Assembly: GCF_001194135.2 (NCBI RefSeq)
Contig: NC_068982.1
Span: 9,915,257 to 9,954,489 of the forward strand
Length of the DNA: 39,233 bases
Direction: 5' to 3'
Source of the DNA: Octopus bimaculoides
Taxonomy: Eukaryota
Shown here: positions 11,478 to 22,130 of the stretch, one piece after another
Position numbering within the stretch: the first letter of the stretch is position 1
How the letters are laid out: every line of letters starts with the position of its first letter
Position numbers and translations under genes: made by a program
The notes under the pieces: generated by a model
The model's input: the letters and a program-made list of their open reading frames with translations, nothing else
Databases searched by the model: none
Told to the model about the DNA's origin: nothing

Positions 11478-11631
11478 TTTACATTTGACGGATATTTGTC
11501 CTCATCTTGTTTCTTGTTAACACGTCTTGGCTGATATACCCTCCTGCCTTCATCAGGTGTCTGAGGGTAATTTTGAACCTGGGTTCTCATTCCAAAGGTA
11601 TTTTTTGATGTTATTATTATTATTATTATTA

Positions 11632-11724
<93 letters not shown>

Positions 11725-11800
11725 CTCGCTGCTTGGAATCGAACTCGGAATCTTGGGGTTAGTAGCCCATGCTCTTAACTACTATGCCATATGCCCACGG
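11478..11800 (-). mobile_element. tRNA-headed SINE with (AAT)n spacer and Penelope-like tail carrying a decayed hammerhead motif
   Basis: Minus strand: A box TGGCATAGTAG (11789-11779), B box GAGTTCGATTCC (11746-11735), (AAT)n 11720-11611, then tail with GACAC-CTGATGA-AGGC..AGCC (11561-11517). Tail matches 20255-20403. Confidence 0.75.
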
Positions 11801-11849
11801 GCTTATGGCATAGTGGTTAAGATCACTGCTATAACATGTTTGATCATAT

Positions 11850-12027
11850 AGGTACAAGTGTGACTGAGTGGTAAGAAGCTTGCTTCCCAACTACATGTGT
11901 TCTGGGTTCAGTCCCACTGCATGGCACCTTGGGAAAGTGCTTTCTACTATTGCCTCAGGCTGACCAAAGCCTCGTCAGTATATTTGGTAGACAAAAACTG
12001 AAAGAAGTCCATCGTGTATGTATGTAA

Positions 12028-12074
<47 letters not shown>

Positions 12075-12252
12075 GATGAAATGAGTGCTCAACAACACAT
12101 TAGTGGATATATAATTTCTTTATTTGTGGATTAAGGCTACCATTGGTTTCATGTAAGAAAAGTAGGAAAATATTCTAGTGTCTTTACAATTTTTCTACCT
12201 GATCACAGGGGAAATGTGTAAAGGTGTTCACCTCCATTTTGGAAAACAGTCT

Positions 12253-12290
<38 letters not shown>

Positions 12291-12480
12291 TGACTGGAAT
12301 GTATATACATACATATAATGTGCGTGTGTCTTTGTGTCTGTGTTTATCCACCACCACCATTTGATAGCCACTGTTGGTTTGTTTATGTCCCCATAACTTA
12401 ACAGTTTGGCTAAAGACCCTTCAAAGGGGTGCCCCAGCATGGCCACAGTCAAATGACTGAAACAAGTAAAAGATAAGCGA
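11850..12480 (+). mobile_element. Composite SINE: tRNA-like head, (TG)n/(TA)n middle, tail ending CAGCATGGCCACAGTCAAATGACTGAAACAAGTAAAAGA
   Basis: Head and tail both recur at 33270-33745 (+) and 37420-37810 (-). Confidence 0.75.
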
Positions 12481-12794
12481 TGAAAGGCCTGACTTATAAC
12501 CAAAAAACACCAACAAGAAGAGCAACAACAGCAGAAACAAAAACAACAACACTGTTTGACTGGTATTTATTTCATTGACTGTGGCCCATCACCCCACCCC
12601 ACACATCTTCTGCTGCTTTACGCCCACCCCACCATTTTTCTTTTTTCCCCCACTTTCTTTTCTCTTTTCTTCTCATCTTTTTTCTTTCTTTGTTTCTGTG
12701 TAAATCTTTCAAATTTAACACTTATTTTGAATAAACAAATTTCACTGACTTGGAAGTACGAATGGAAAAGTATGGTTTGATGGTTTTTGAGCAA

Positions 12795-13420
12795 AGAATC
12801 TTTTCTAGTCTAGGTACACGGCTCAAAATTTTGGGGGAGGGGGGGGGCAGTCAATTAGATCAACCCCAGTACGCAACCGGTATGTAATTTATCGACCCTG
12901 AAAGGATGAAAGGCCAAAGTCAACCTTGGCAGAATTTGAACTCAGAACATAAAGACAACCGAAATACCGCTAAGCATTTTGCCCGGCGTGCTAACGTTTC
13001 TTATTTCTTTATTGCCCACAAGGGGCTAAACATAGGGGGGACAAACAAGGACAGACAAACGGATTAAGTCGATTACATTGACCCCAGTGTGTAACTGGTA
13101 CTTATTTAATCGACCCCGAAAGGATGAAAGGCAAAGTCGACCTTGGTGGAATTTGAACTCAAAACGTAGCAGCAGACGAAATACTGCTAAGCATTTCACC
13201 TGGCATGCTAACGATTCTGCCAGCTCACTGCTATTAATCAAATATATATTGTTTTCTACTCTAGGCACAAGGCCCAAAATTTTTGGAGAGTGAGGGCCAA
13301 TTGATTAGATCGGCCCCAGTATGCAAATGGTAGTTAATTTATCGACCCCAAAAGGATGAAAGGCAAAGTCAACCTCAGCAGAATTTGAACTCAGAACGTA
13401 AAGACAGATGAAATACTGGT
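12795..13420 (-). mobile_element. Cluster of three CORE-like SINE copies (about 12795-12991, 12992-13231, 13250-13420)
   Basis: Each contains ATCGACCCC(G/T)AAAGGATGAAAGGCAAAGTC..GAATTTGAACTCA, the reverse complement of 983-1205. Two different 3' tails are present. Confidence 0.85.
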
Positions 13421-13727
13421 AACTCATTGTTGCTTACCATTTTATTTTCCCTACCATTCATAATTGTGACCACTGCTGATCGTCAGTGATAGAAGTAAAG
13501 GCAAGGTTGTATTGTGTTGTTAGTGCTCTTATTGCAACTAAACTGAGAGGAATTCCCAAATTAAACATTGCTTAGAGCAGTGTTATATTGTAACAAACAG
13601 GATGCTACTGAGGAAGAATCCATGAAATAAACAAACTGTTCTGGAAACCAGTGATAAAATTATGAACCCTCATTATCAGAACCACATTTTTGATCTAATT
13701 AAAGATTTAATTAATTGTAGTTCTCAC

Positions 13728-13735
13728 AAATTGGA
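13728..13735 (-). other. Candidate 8-nt microexon
   Basis: ctcattcatttcacccccatttttAG|TCCAATTT|GTGAGA; preceded by ~250 nt pyrimidine/YCAY-rich tract (13740-13995). Confidence 0.35.
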
Positions 13736-14457
13736 CTAAAAATGGGGGTGAAATGAATGAGATAGAAAAAAAAAGGCAGATTACATGAAATACAAAAAAT
13801 GGAAAGTGAATAATGGATTAAAAGAGAAAAAAACAATAGAGAGAAATAAAAAAATGCACAATGTCACAAAAGTGTGGAACAAAGAATTTAAGAATAACCG
13901 AAAAGAGAAAACTCTGAGACAAAATAACAATGTAAAAATGACAAGAAAAAAAACACAAAAAGAATTATAAAAGCAAAAGATGAAAAAAACCCAGATCCAT
14001 TTTTTTAATTCAAATCTGCATGCACTGAAACTTTTAAACATTTGCTAGTTTCCAAAAACACAATGGTAGAACACTGCTATAAAACTGGTGAACTTATTTA
14101 CGAGCTCTAAACTTAATTATCTAGGCAGTCACCAAACGAGTAAAGATATCGCTGGCTTCACGATGTAAAATCACCAATTTCTCTTTTCTTTTTTGCATCA
14201 AACTCTGTTAGTTTATGGGGTTACTGGCAGTTTCTTTTTTTTTTTTTTGTTTCTCAGTTTTACTTTTCTTTACTTTCTTTCTTAGTAGATAAGAAAACAA
14301 AGAATTTATCGGAGTTATGCCAATATGATATTTTATTGCCACTTCTCAGCCAAGAAACACATACATGTGCACACCCAGCTTCTATATATAAATCTTCATA
14401 ATTCTAAGTAAGGAACTTATCTAACTCAGATAAATGTCTTGGCATGAAACTTCAGAC

Positions 14458-14713
14458 CAGTGGTTCTCAACTGGGGAATCTTATGACCATTGGAAGTCCA
14501 TATAAGATTTTGTTGGTAAAATTATGTGAACAGGATTGGTTATTCTTCTACAATACACAAAATATTTCAACAATCTTTTAAATACAATTCTTAATAATAT
14601 TTAATAATAAAAATATAATAGGATTTTTTAAACATTGAATGGATATGTGGATGGTTTACCCAAATAAAACCAAAATCAAGAGTTCATAGGTAAAAAATGG
14701 TTGAGAACTACTG
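14458..14713. mobile_element. hAT (Charlie-like) MITE
   Basis: TIRs CAGTGGTTCTCAAC / GTTGAGAACTACTG; 8-bp flanks CTTCAGAC and CTCTAGAC. Related copy in opposite orientation at 27675-27904. Confidence 0.8.
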
Positions 14714-17254
14714 CTCTAGACTACTATAATAATATCACTTTACATGGTTTCAAATGCCAACTTCCAACTTATTCGTGCAAAAGATATCAGTTCATTGCTA
14801 TCCACCATTTTCTCCTGATAAAGAGATTTTAAACCCAAAATATTCTCATATAAAGTAAAATTGTTCTATTTTCCTTTATATTGAATTTCCTTAGTATTGG
14901 CTTTTTAGAACAAGTTTAATAATTCTGTCCCTCGATGCTTAATTCACACTATGCTATCTTAATACACTATTGTACGGAAGACTCCTCCTCATGATTTACA
15001 CATGAAGCATGGACCAGGGATCTATAAAAAGCATCAAACCATTATATGATTGATCCACACAAATCTAATATAAATCCACATAACATGGCATATCATGGCA
15101 ATGGAGAAAGAGAACCAAACATTACAAGAGAAAACTAAACATTTCTCTTTGTTATATGAATACTATAATAACATTTGCTTTAGAGAAAGATTGTGGCAGG
15201 GTTAAATTTAAATGGTAGCCTTCTTCATTTATTTCTCAAATTATTCAGAAAGTAAACTCAGGAGAAAAAAAATTAACTTTTTTTATTTAACAATATTTTT
15301 ATGTATGTTTTTTTTTATCCAGTCAATCAAATAAAAGGTTTCAAAGCAACAAAATAGTTCTTAAATTAAAAAAATCTTCTACTTCCACCAAAGACTGGGC
15401 AGCTTTTTTCTATTTAGATTTCATATTCTGTATCTGTTACCAATATTTGTCTGTGAAAGACTGTTTTCTTAAAGAAGGAAACAAATGTTGGATTTGTTTA
15501 TTTTAACTTGATTCCCTTTGGAAGAAAATTGCATTGCCTGGCTTTTCATTAATTCCCAAAACATGCCAATTAAATTTGCACCAAAATTTTATCAAGATTA
15601 TCCATGGAATTGTGTTGTTTTGTTATCTAGGCTTCGCATATTTGGTTTAGCAAAATAAAAACCAAAATTAGACATGAAAAAAATGTAGTTCTGTGAACTA
15701 TGGCAAACGTATTTTTCTTAAAGAATGTAATAAATACATTTATTTATTTATTTACTCATTTATTGTTGTTTACATTATGCTTCTTGTTGTTGCTGTTGTT
15801 AAGGTGATGCTACTGTTGTTGGCGGTGATGTTGTTGTTATCAGTTCCTTTTGATAGCGTTACTGACAATTATTCTGGTGAGAATAATAAATGGGGATATC
15901 AATATGAGCTATTGTTTTGGTTTTGCTTGACAGAAAACAATCAGTTTTGTGTTTGTTATAGAATAAAAGATGAAAAAAAAAAATTTCTTCCAAGACAATG
16001 GAAAAATATACAAAGAATGAGATAGCAAAGCTACAAAAAAGAATAGGTCTTTACCATCTTTGTTTTTATGTTTTGAATCATAAATATAAAAGGAAATATT
16101 AATTTAAAATAAAATGGTAAAAGAAATAAAAAGGAAAGAAACAAGGTTTTCAAAGAAGACAATACTTTTCCTTCAGATTCTGGCCACAAACTATATCATT
16201 AAACCCCTTTTTCCTTTATCCTCTTTCTTCTCCCATAAAATGGAATTAATCAGCCTGTCTTTCTTAAACATTATTGATTGTAGAAAAAAAAAAATAAAGA
16301 TAACAATACTAATAGTATGGACAGAAAGATTTCTAACAAAATAATTTTAAGACTAATAAACTAAAAAGGAATAAAAGTAAGATAAAGTTTAAAAGTTTTA
16401 AAGATGGTAAAAGAACTCAATAATGTTAAGATATCAATGGAAAAAATCTTTTGTAAAATGTTTACAAGAAATTACAAAGAAAAAAACTAACACCAAGAAA
16501 TAACTTTCTTCTTTTGAAATTGTAGATAAACGATAGAGATACACGATTACCAAAGTGTGAATTCCAAAACATATTTGTTTTCTTTTAATAATCAAGATTT
16601 CCACTATTTTTACTCATACTTCAACCAAGATGGTGGGATTGATAAAATCATAAGTACACCAGATGAAATGCCTATGGTTGTGAAGCTTTATGTTCTATGT
16701 TCCAATCCCAAGAAGGTCAACTTCATTTTCATCTGTGGTCAATAAAATACAAAGTACCAGTCAAGTACTGACCTTATTTGATATTTCTATAAAGCATCCT
16801 GGATGAGAATCGAGATATGAAATAAGAATAAATCTATTAGCCGAATTCTAGGACACTATAAGCCACTACAGATCGCTTCCATTGGTAATACCTTTCTTTA
16901 CCAACTTTGACATTACACTATATCCTTTTGTTGTCAGTTAGCTTAAGGTTAGCATTCCTTTAATAGGTCTATGATAAAATATTTTACAACTACAACCATT
17001 CAGTCATCTTTCAGACAAAGTGTAAGCAAGATCATACCATTCAGTGAATCCTTCCTTTCCTTTTTAAACATGGTATTGTATGGTTTTTAAGAACACTTCT
17101 TATATCTAGGAAAGTGAAATGACCACATAAAGCCTTCTTTAGTGACAAATCAAATCCTCAGGTCAATGTAAGAAATGTGTATTTCAATTGTTAATTTCCT
17201 TGCGAAGACCTATTGAAGCAAGTGAAATCAAAATAAAAATTGCTGACGTGACCG

Positions 17255-17580
17255 ATGACAGTACCGCCTGATTGGCACTCGTGCCAGTGGAGCATTAAAA
17301 GCACATCCGAGCATGATCATTGCCAGGGTCACAGATTGGCTCCCGTGCCGGTGACATGTGAAAAGCACCATTCGAGCATGATCGTTGCCAGTGTTACCTT
17401 ACCAGCACATGTGCCGGTGGCACATGATAAACAACATTTGCGCATGGTCATTGCCAGTGCCGCCGGACTGGCTTCCATGCAGATAGCATGTAAAAATACC
17501 TTTTGAGCATGGTCATTGCCAGAACCACCTGACTGGCCCTAGTGTTGGTGGCATGTAAAAGCACCCACTACACTGTTGGA
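17255..17580 (+). repeat. About five tandem ~65-bp units (GAGCATG.TCATTGCCAG..CTGGC..GTGCC.GTGGCA.GT.AAAAGCACC), the 5' array of the RTE-tailed repeat family
   Basis: TTGCCAG anchors spaced ~65 bp (near 17320, 17385, 17451, 17516). Ends AAAAGCACCCACTACACT as at 31497-31513. Confidence 0.8.
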
Positions 17581-17589
17581 GTTCAAACT

Positions 17590-17742
17590 GACCAGATCTG
17601 GCATGTCACACCTGCCCTGTAATGTCATTCTAGGTATAAAAAGAACAATCACAACATCAAAATCTCAAAGCAATTAATTCAAAGTAATGAGAATCAATAA
17701 ACATAGCATTTGACCAAGTAATTTGAACACCAAAGGGGTTAA
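17590..17742 (-). mobile_element. Partial piggyBac-type MITE, same family as 21007-21399
   Basis: Reverse-complement similarity (aatgtcattcta, atctcaaagc); ends AAGGGGTTAA. Confidence 0.6.
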
Positions 17743-19726
17743 TATGCAGAACACTCCTCTAAGGTACTTTCCCGACAAACTCTACTTTCGTTTTCCTGTT
17801 AGCATTAATTTAATTGCAGACAGGCAGACAGAGTCCATAGTCAGGTAATAGATATTAGCTGTTGTTGTTGTTAAGCCCTGTGTAAACCTTGGCTGATCAT
17901 GCCTATGATCACCCCAGTGTTTAGAGCATAACTAGGACGACATTATTTCTATTTTCAAGTGGTTAGATGCAATCTGAGTGAGATTCAGCAATTAAACCAC
18001 CATGCAGAGGTTGCCTTATTGGTTTGTCATGGCTTCGTTTTAATATCTGGTATGGTAATTTTCATTTACATTAGTGATGATGTCATTGAGAATAACATGA
18101 ACATCATAGAATCCAATTTCATTTCCTTTAAACGTATGAGGTTTCATACAAATATATGAAATCATTATTTGAAATCATTGAATTGAGTCATTGTAGTATT
18201 ATTGATGGAGCAGCATATATAAACGCATCATTGATTTTTCAAATGTGCAGCAATGAAACAATATCCCCTAAGGTGTGAGACCTGACACTGAACACAAAAT
18301 CATTTGGCTTCGCAGTGAACACAGAGTGTAGGTGCCTTGGATTGGGTAATATGATAATGATAAATGAGACCACATTCATTTCGTGGAAACTTTACATCTC
18401 ATCACTACGATTATATTCTCCAATGTCCACATCATTATTATTAACAATGTCACCAGCACCAGCAGCTACATTGTCAACCCCGTCGTCTTCGTTATAATTA
18501 TCTTTATTGAGAAATCATCATTAATAGGAATAACAGCTATGTGGCTAAGTTGTTAAATCAATGATATAACAAGTGAGACTTCAAATACAGCCATAAATAT
18601 TTGTTCATGGTTAGACTAGATAAGTCTGTAGGCTGACTTGCTCCAGTTAATCAAGCAACATAATATTTATCACTTATATTTCATAGTTGATTGGTTAGTC
18701 TTAGAAAAGACATCAGGCAGTAAAAGTCATGCTTCAACAATCAAGAAAAGAGTCCTTCTATTTGTGTAGTTATCACATTAATGAAATATTAGCTGCATCT
18801 TGTGATCTTATTTTCTTTTTCATACAAATGATAAAAGTTTATGTTGTCTTTTTTTCAAATATCTCAGACCATTACGTTTAATGAACTGCATAGAAAGTAA
18901 GACTTGAATTTTGAATTAATTCAACAGTTTTTCACACCTACAACTATTGTAATGACAACAATATTAAAACAAATAACGGTTATGATTAGATGGCCACCTA
19001 CATATGAGATGAGCTGGTGTTTTTACCAACCCACACAATTCATTCTGCTTTATCCACCTGCCTACAAGTGTCCACCTCCAAGACCAGTAGTTTCCCAAAT
19101 GATATACTGTAGTATGCCGATGTGTCACAAGATAATTAGACACACCACAGAAGTAATAAAATTATATTTAAAATTTGGAAAAAAAAATTCAAACTTCAAT
19201 TCTATGTTGAATGTATTGAGCAAAAAAAGTACTTCATGTTTCTCATTGTTTAAATTACTCACATATACAAACAAAAATATATTTTTTTGACTTCATACAT
19301 AAAGTGCACCAAAATATTTTTATCAATTCTAACGTACACTACGAATAAGAATTAAAAGAAAAATTGGCAACCACTAGTTAAGATGCATCAGCAATTCTTC
19401 AGCAGCAGTTACACAGGTAACCACCTGATCCAAACAAACAAAAACTCACAAACACACAAAATAACAATTTTAAATTGTTGATAATAATGTCTAGTAACAT
19501 CTTAAATGATTGACAATGTTTTGAATAGTTCAAGTCCAATGTTAGCCATTACAGAAGCAATGATTATGACCAGAAAATTCAATAATGGACAGTAAAATAT
19601 ACTCAACATGCCCTCAACACCACATTGCTTCACATATTTAACCATTCCATAACAAATTACACTACAGTGTCCCAGAAAATGAAAATCTTATTTCAGCCTA
19701 TTTACGATGCATTCTTTGTGATATAC

Positions 19727-19769
19727 CAGAATGTTTCATTATCTTCTTCTTTAATGGCAGCCAGGTCTG
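19727..19769 (-). other. Candidate 43-nt exon with tandem CAGCAG acceptor
   Basis: Long AG-free pyrimidine tract (ttttcttctattcttggtccttcggttgtattgtcttgtctacttcAG) with CTGAT branch-like motif. Purine-rich exon CAGACC...CATTCTG. Weak donor GTATAT at 19726. Confidence 0.4.
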
Positions 19770-19904
19770 CTGAAGTAGACAAGACAATACAACCGAAGGA
19801 CCAAGAATAGAAGAAAAAAAATCAGCAGCAAATTGCTATCGAGTGTAATGTCTGCTTAGACGAAAATAATTAATTAATCATACTCAAACAATAGGCATTG
19901 GTTG

Positions 19905-20170
19905 AATCTAGAACCACATGGTTCCAGGTTCCATTCAACTGTGCAGCACCTTGGGCAAGTGTCTTTTACTATAGCCTTACAAGTTGATTTGGTAGATAGA
20001 AACTGAAAGAAGCCAGTCACACATAAGGGTATCCAGCTATGGAAACCATGCCAAAGCAGATGATGGGACCTGGTGTAGCTCCCTGGTCTTGCTGGCTCCT
20101 GTCAAACTGTCCAACCCATGCCAGCATGGAGAATGAATGTTAAAAGATAATGATGAAAGATGATGATGAT
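19905..20170 (+). mobile_element. SINE head (AACCACATGGTTCC..GAAACTGAAAGAAGCC) fused to an RTE-tailed repeat ending (GAT)n
   Basis: Shared motifs with 11850-12010 and 31540-31672. The same fusion is seen at 32085-32305. Confidence 0.7.
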
Positions 20171-20403
20171 ACAGTTCTATATTTAAGAGATGAGAAATTA
20201 TTTACATTGTTTACATTTGACGGATATTTACATTTGACAGGCAGTGACTTCAATAATAATAATAATATTGAAAAATACCTTAGGAATGAGAACCCAGGTT
20301 TGAAATTTCCCCAAGACACCTGATGAAGGCTGGAGGGTATATCAGCCGAAATGTTGTGTTAACAACAAACAAGATGAGGACAAATATCCATCAAATGTAA
20401 ATG
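20171..20403 (+). mobile_element. Penelope-like repeat with inverted termini and a minimal hammerhead ribozyme motif
   Basis: Left TTACATTTGACGGATATTT and right AAATATCCATCAAATGTAA are inverted. Internal HHR-like motif at 20315-20360. Confidence 0.7.
20315..20360 (+). ncRNA. Minimal type I hammerhead ribozyme motif, one substitution in helix III
   Basis: GACAC(stem I)-CTGATGA-A-GGCTG(stem II)..CAGCC-GAAA-TG-TT-GTGTT(stem I'). The ACGT palindrome of helix III appears as ATGT. Confidence 0.6.
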
Positions 20404-20504
20404 ATGATGATGTGTGAGTGTGTGTATATGCATGTATGGGAGGGGGGTGTAGGTGTATTTATGTATTCTCATCTTAACATCACATGATAGCTGTGAAAAC
20501 AAGT

Positions 20505-20700
20505 GTCTCTTGTCGTAGAAACAGTGTCAATCATTTCCAGTAATCTACAAGAACATGTCTGGCCATGAGGAAACATTACCTCACTTGGAAGTAGGTGAGG
20601 GTGAGTAGCAGAAAAAGCATCCAGCCGTAGGAAATCTGCCTCAATAAACTCCACTCAACCCATGCAAGCATGGAGAATTGAACATTAACATGAATGATGA
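20505..20700 (+). mobile_element. RTE-tailed repeat variant (GAAAAAGCATCCAGCCGTAG..AACCCATGCAAGCATGG..(GAT)n)
   Basis: 3' motifs shared with other copies in the window. Confidence 0.6.
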
Positions 20701-21006
20701 ATAATGAAACAATACTGAAGTTAAGAACTTAATCTTTACCAATAAAATCTTCTAAATAATTCAAAGAAACTAAACTTATCTCTTAACTGCAATGATTGAC
20801 AATTTCGTAGAAATAGCTTATCATAATAAAGAAAATAAACACAATGTCAAGTCGTTTTATGTATATTTACAAAGCTTAAAACTGAGGTGTTAAGAATTAT
20901 CAGAATAAACAACTGTCATGATAAGCACTGCCAAATAAAGTAAACTTCTGAAAAATTTTTGTTCAAAACAGTTTTGTAAAAGGCATAAACAGTGTTTAAT
21001 CTTATT

Positions 21007-21399
21007 TTAACTCTTCAGCGTTCAGATTACTCTGTCAAAATTAAAGATTATTTATTCACATTGTTTTGAATTAGTCACGCATTATCATGTAGCTTTGAGA
21101 TATCGATGATGTGATTGTTTATTTTTAGAATGACATTGTAAGATAGGTGTGAGAGGCCAGATATGGCCAGTTAAACCCTTAAGCATTAAAATTACTTTGC
21201 CAAATTTAAAGCTTACTTATTCACATTGTTTTGAATTAGTCATGCATTATCTTGTAGCGTTGAGATTTCAATGATGTGACTGTTGATTTTTCGAATGACA
21301 TTGAAGAGTAGGCGTGAAAAGCCTGATCTGCCCTATTTGAACATGAAACAGGTAGAATACTCAGGCTGTTTATGGCTTGTTTAAATATTATAGGGTTAA
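21007..21399 (+). mobile_element. Two head-to-tail copies of a TTAA-bounded (piggyBac-type) MITE
   Basis: TATTCACATTGTTTTGAATTAGTCA.GCATTATC.TGTAGC is repeated ~170 bp apart. Starts TTAACTCTT / TTAAACCCTT and ends TAGGGTTAA. Confidence 0.7.
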
Positions 21400-21924
21400 A
21401 GTGGAGAAAAGGGATCATAAAAGAGGAACTATGGTAAGTAAAAGGACAAATCTTTTGTCAAAGATTTGTTAATGTATGCATTTTCTAATCTTATCCAACA
21501 CATTTTTTACTTTAACTAATGTAATGAGCTAATGACAGAGCAACTAGTTGGGTGTTTGGCCTACAAAAAATAGCAGCCAAACATCCCTCAAATTACATCA
21601 TACCATCTTAAAACATTAAGAAGACACTAGATGACAGTCCCTAATATATGACTAGATATAATAACCAAGAGGGCAATGCTTTTGTTCATAGGACTGTTTG
21701 GTCGTAATGATCTGATATTAATTACCAACAAGACTTGTTAATTACACAATGACTTCACTGTGTAAAATGATAGGCTGTACCAGCATGTACATGAGTAGAG
21801 CTTGCAAGAAGTACTCAATACACGGTGATCGCTTATAAGCTTCAAGCTAATGAAATATTATCATCATTTACAGAATTGTAAAACTTGGTACCTCTTATCA
21901 TATCATCACAAAGTAGATGTATAT

Positions 21925-22130
21925 ATTCTTTTCTACTCTAGGCACAAGGCCCGAAATTTGGGGGAGGGGACAGTTGATTAGATCGACATCAGTATGCAAC
22001 TGGTACTTAATTTATCGACCCTGAAAGGATGAAAGGCAAAGTCGACTGCAGTGGAATTTGAACTCAGAACATAAAAACAGACGAAATACTGCTAAGCAGT
22101 TCACCCAGCACGCTAACGTTTCTGCCAGTT
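21925..22130 (-). mobile_element. CORE-like SINE
   Basis: TTTTCTACTCTAGGCACAAGGCCCGAAATT..ATCGACCCTGAAAGGATGAAAGGCAAAGTCGAC..CTAACGTTTCTGCCAG, as in 12795-13420. Confidence 0.85.

Noticed and set aside
11722-11800. tRNA gene with apparent ACT anticodon
   Set aside because: No proper acceptor stem or T-run terminator, and fused to (AAT)n and a repeat tail; treated as a SINE head.
18380-18520. Acidic peptide DNYNEDDGVDNVAAGAGD on the minus strand
   Set aside because: Degenerate trinucleotide repeat without splice sites.
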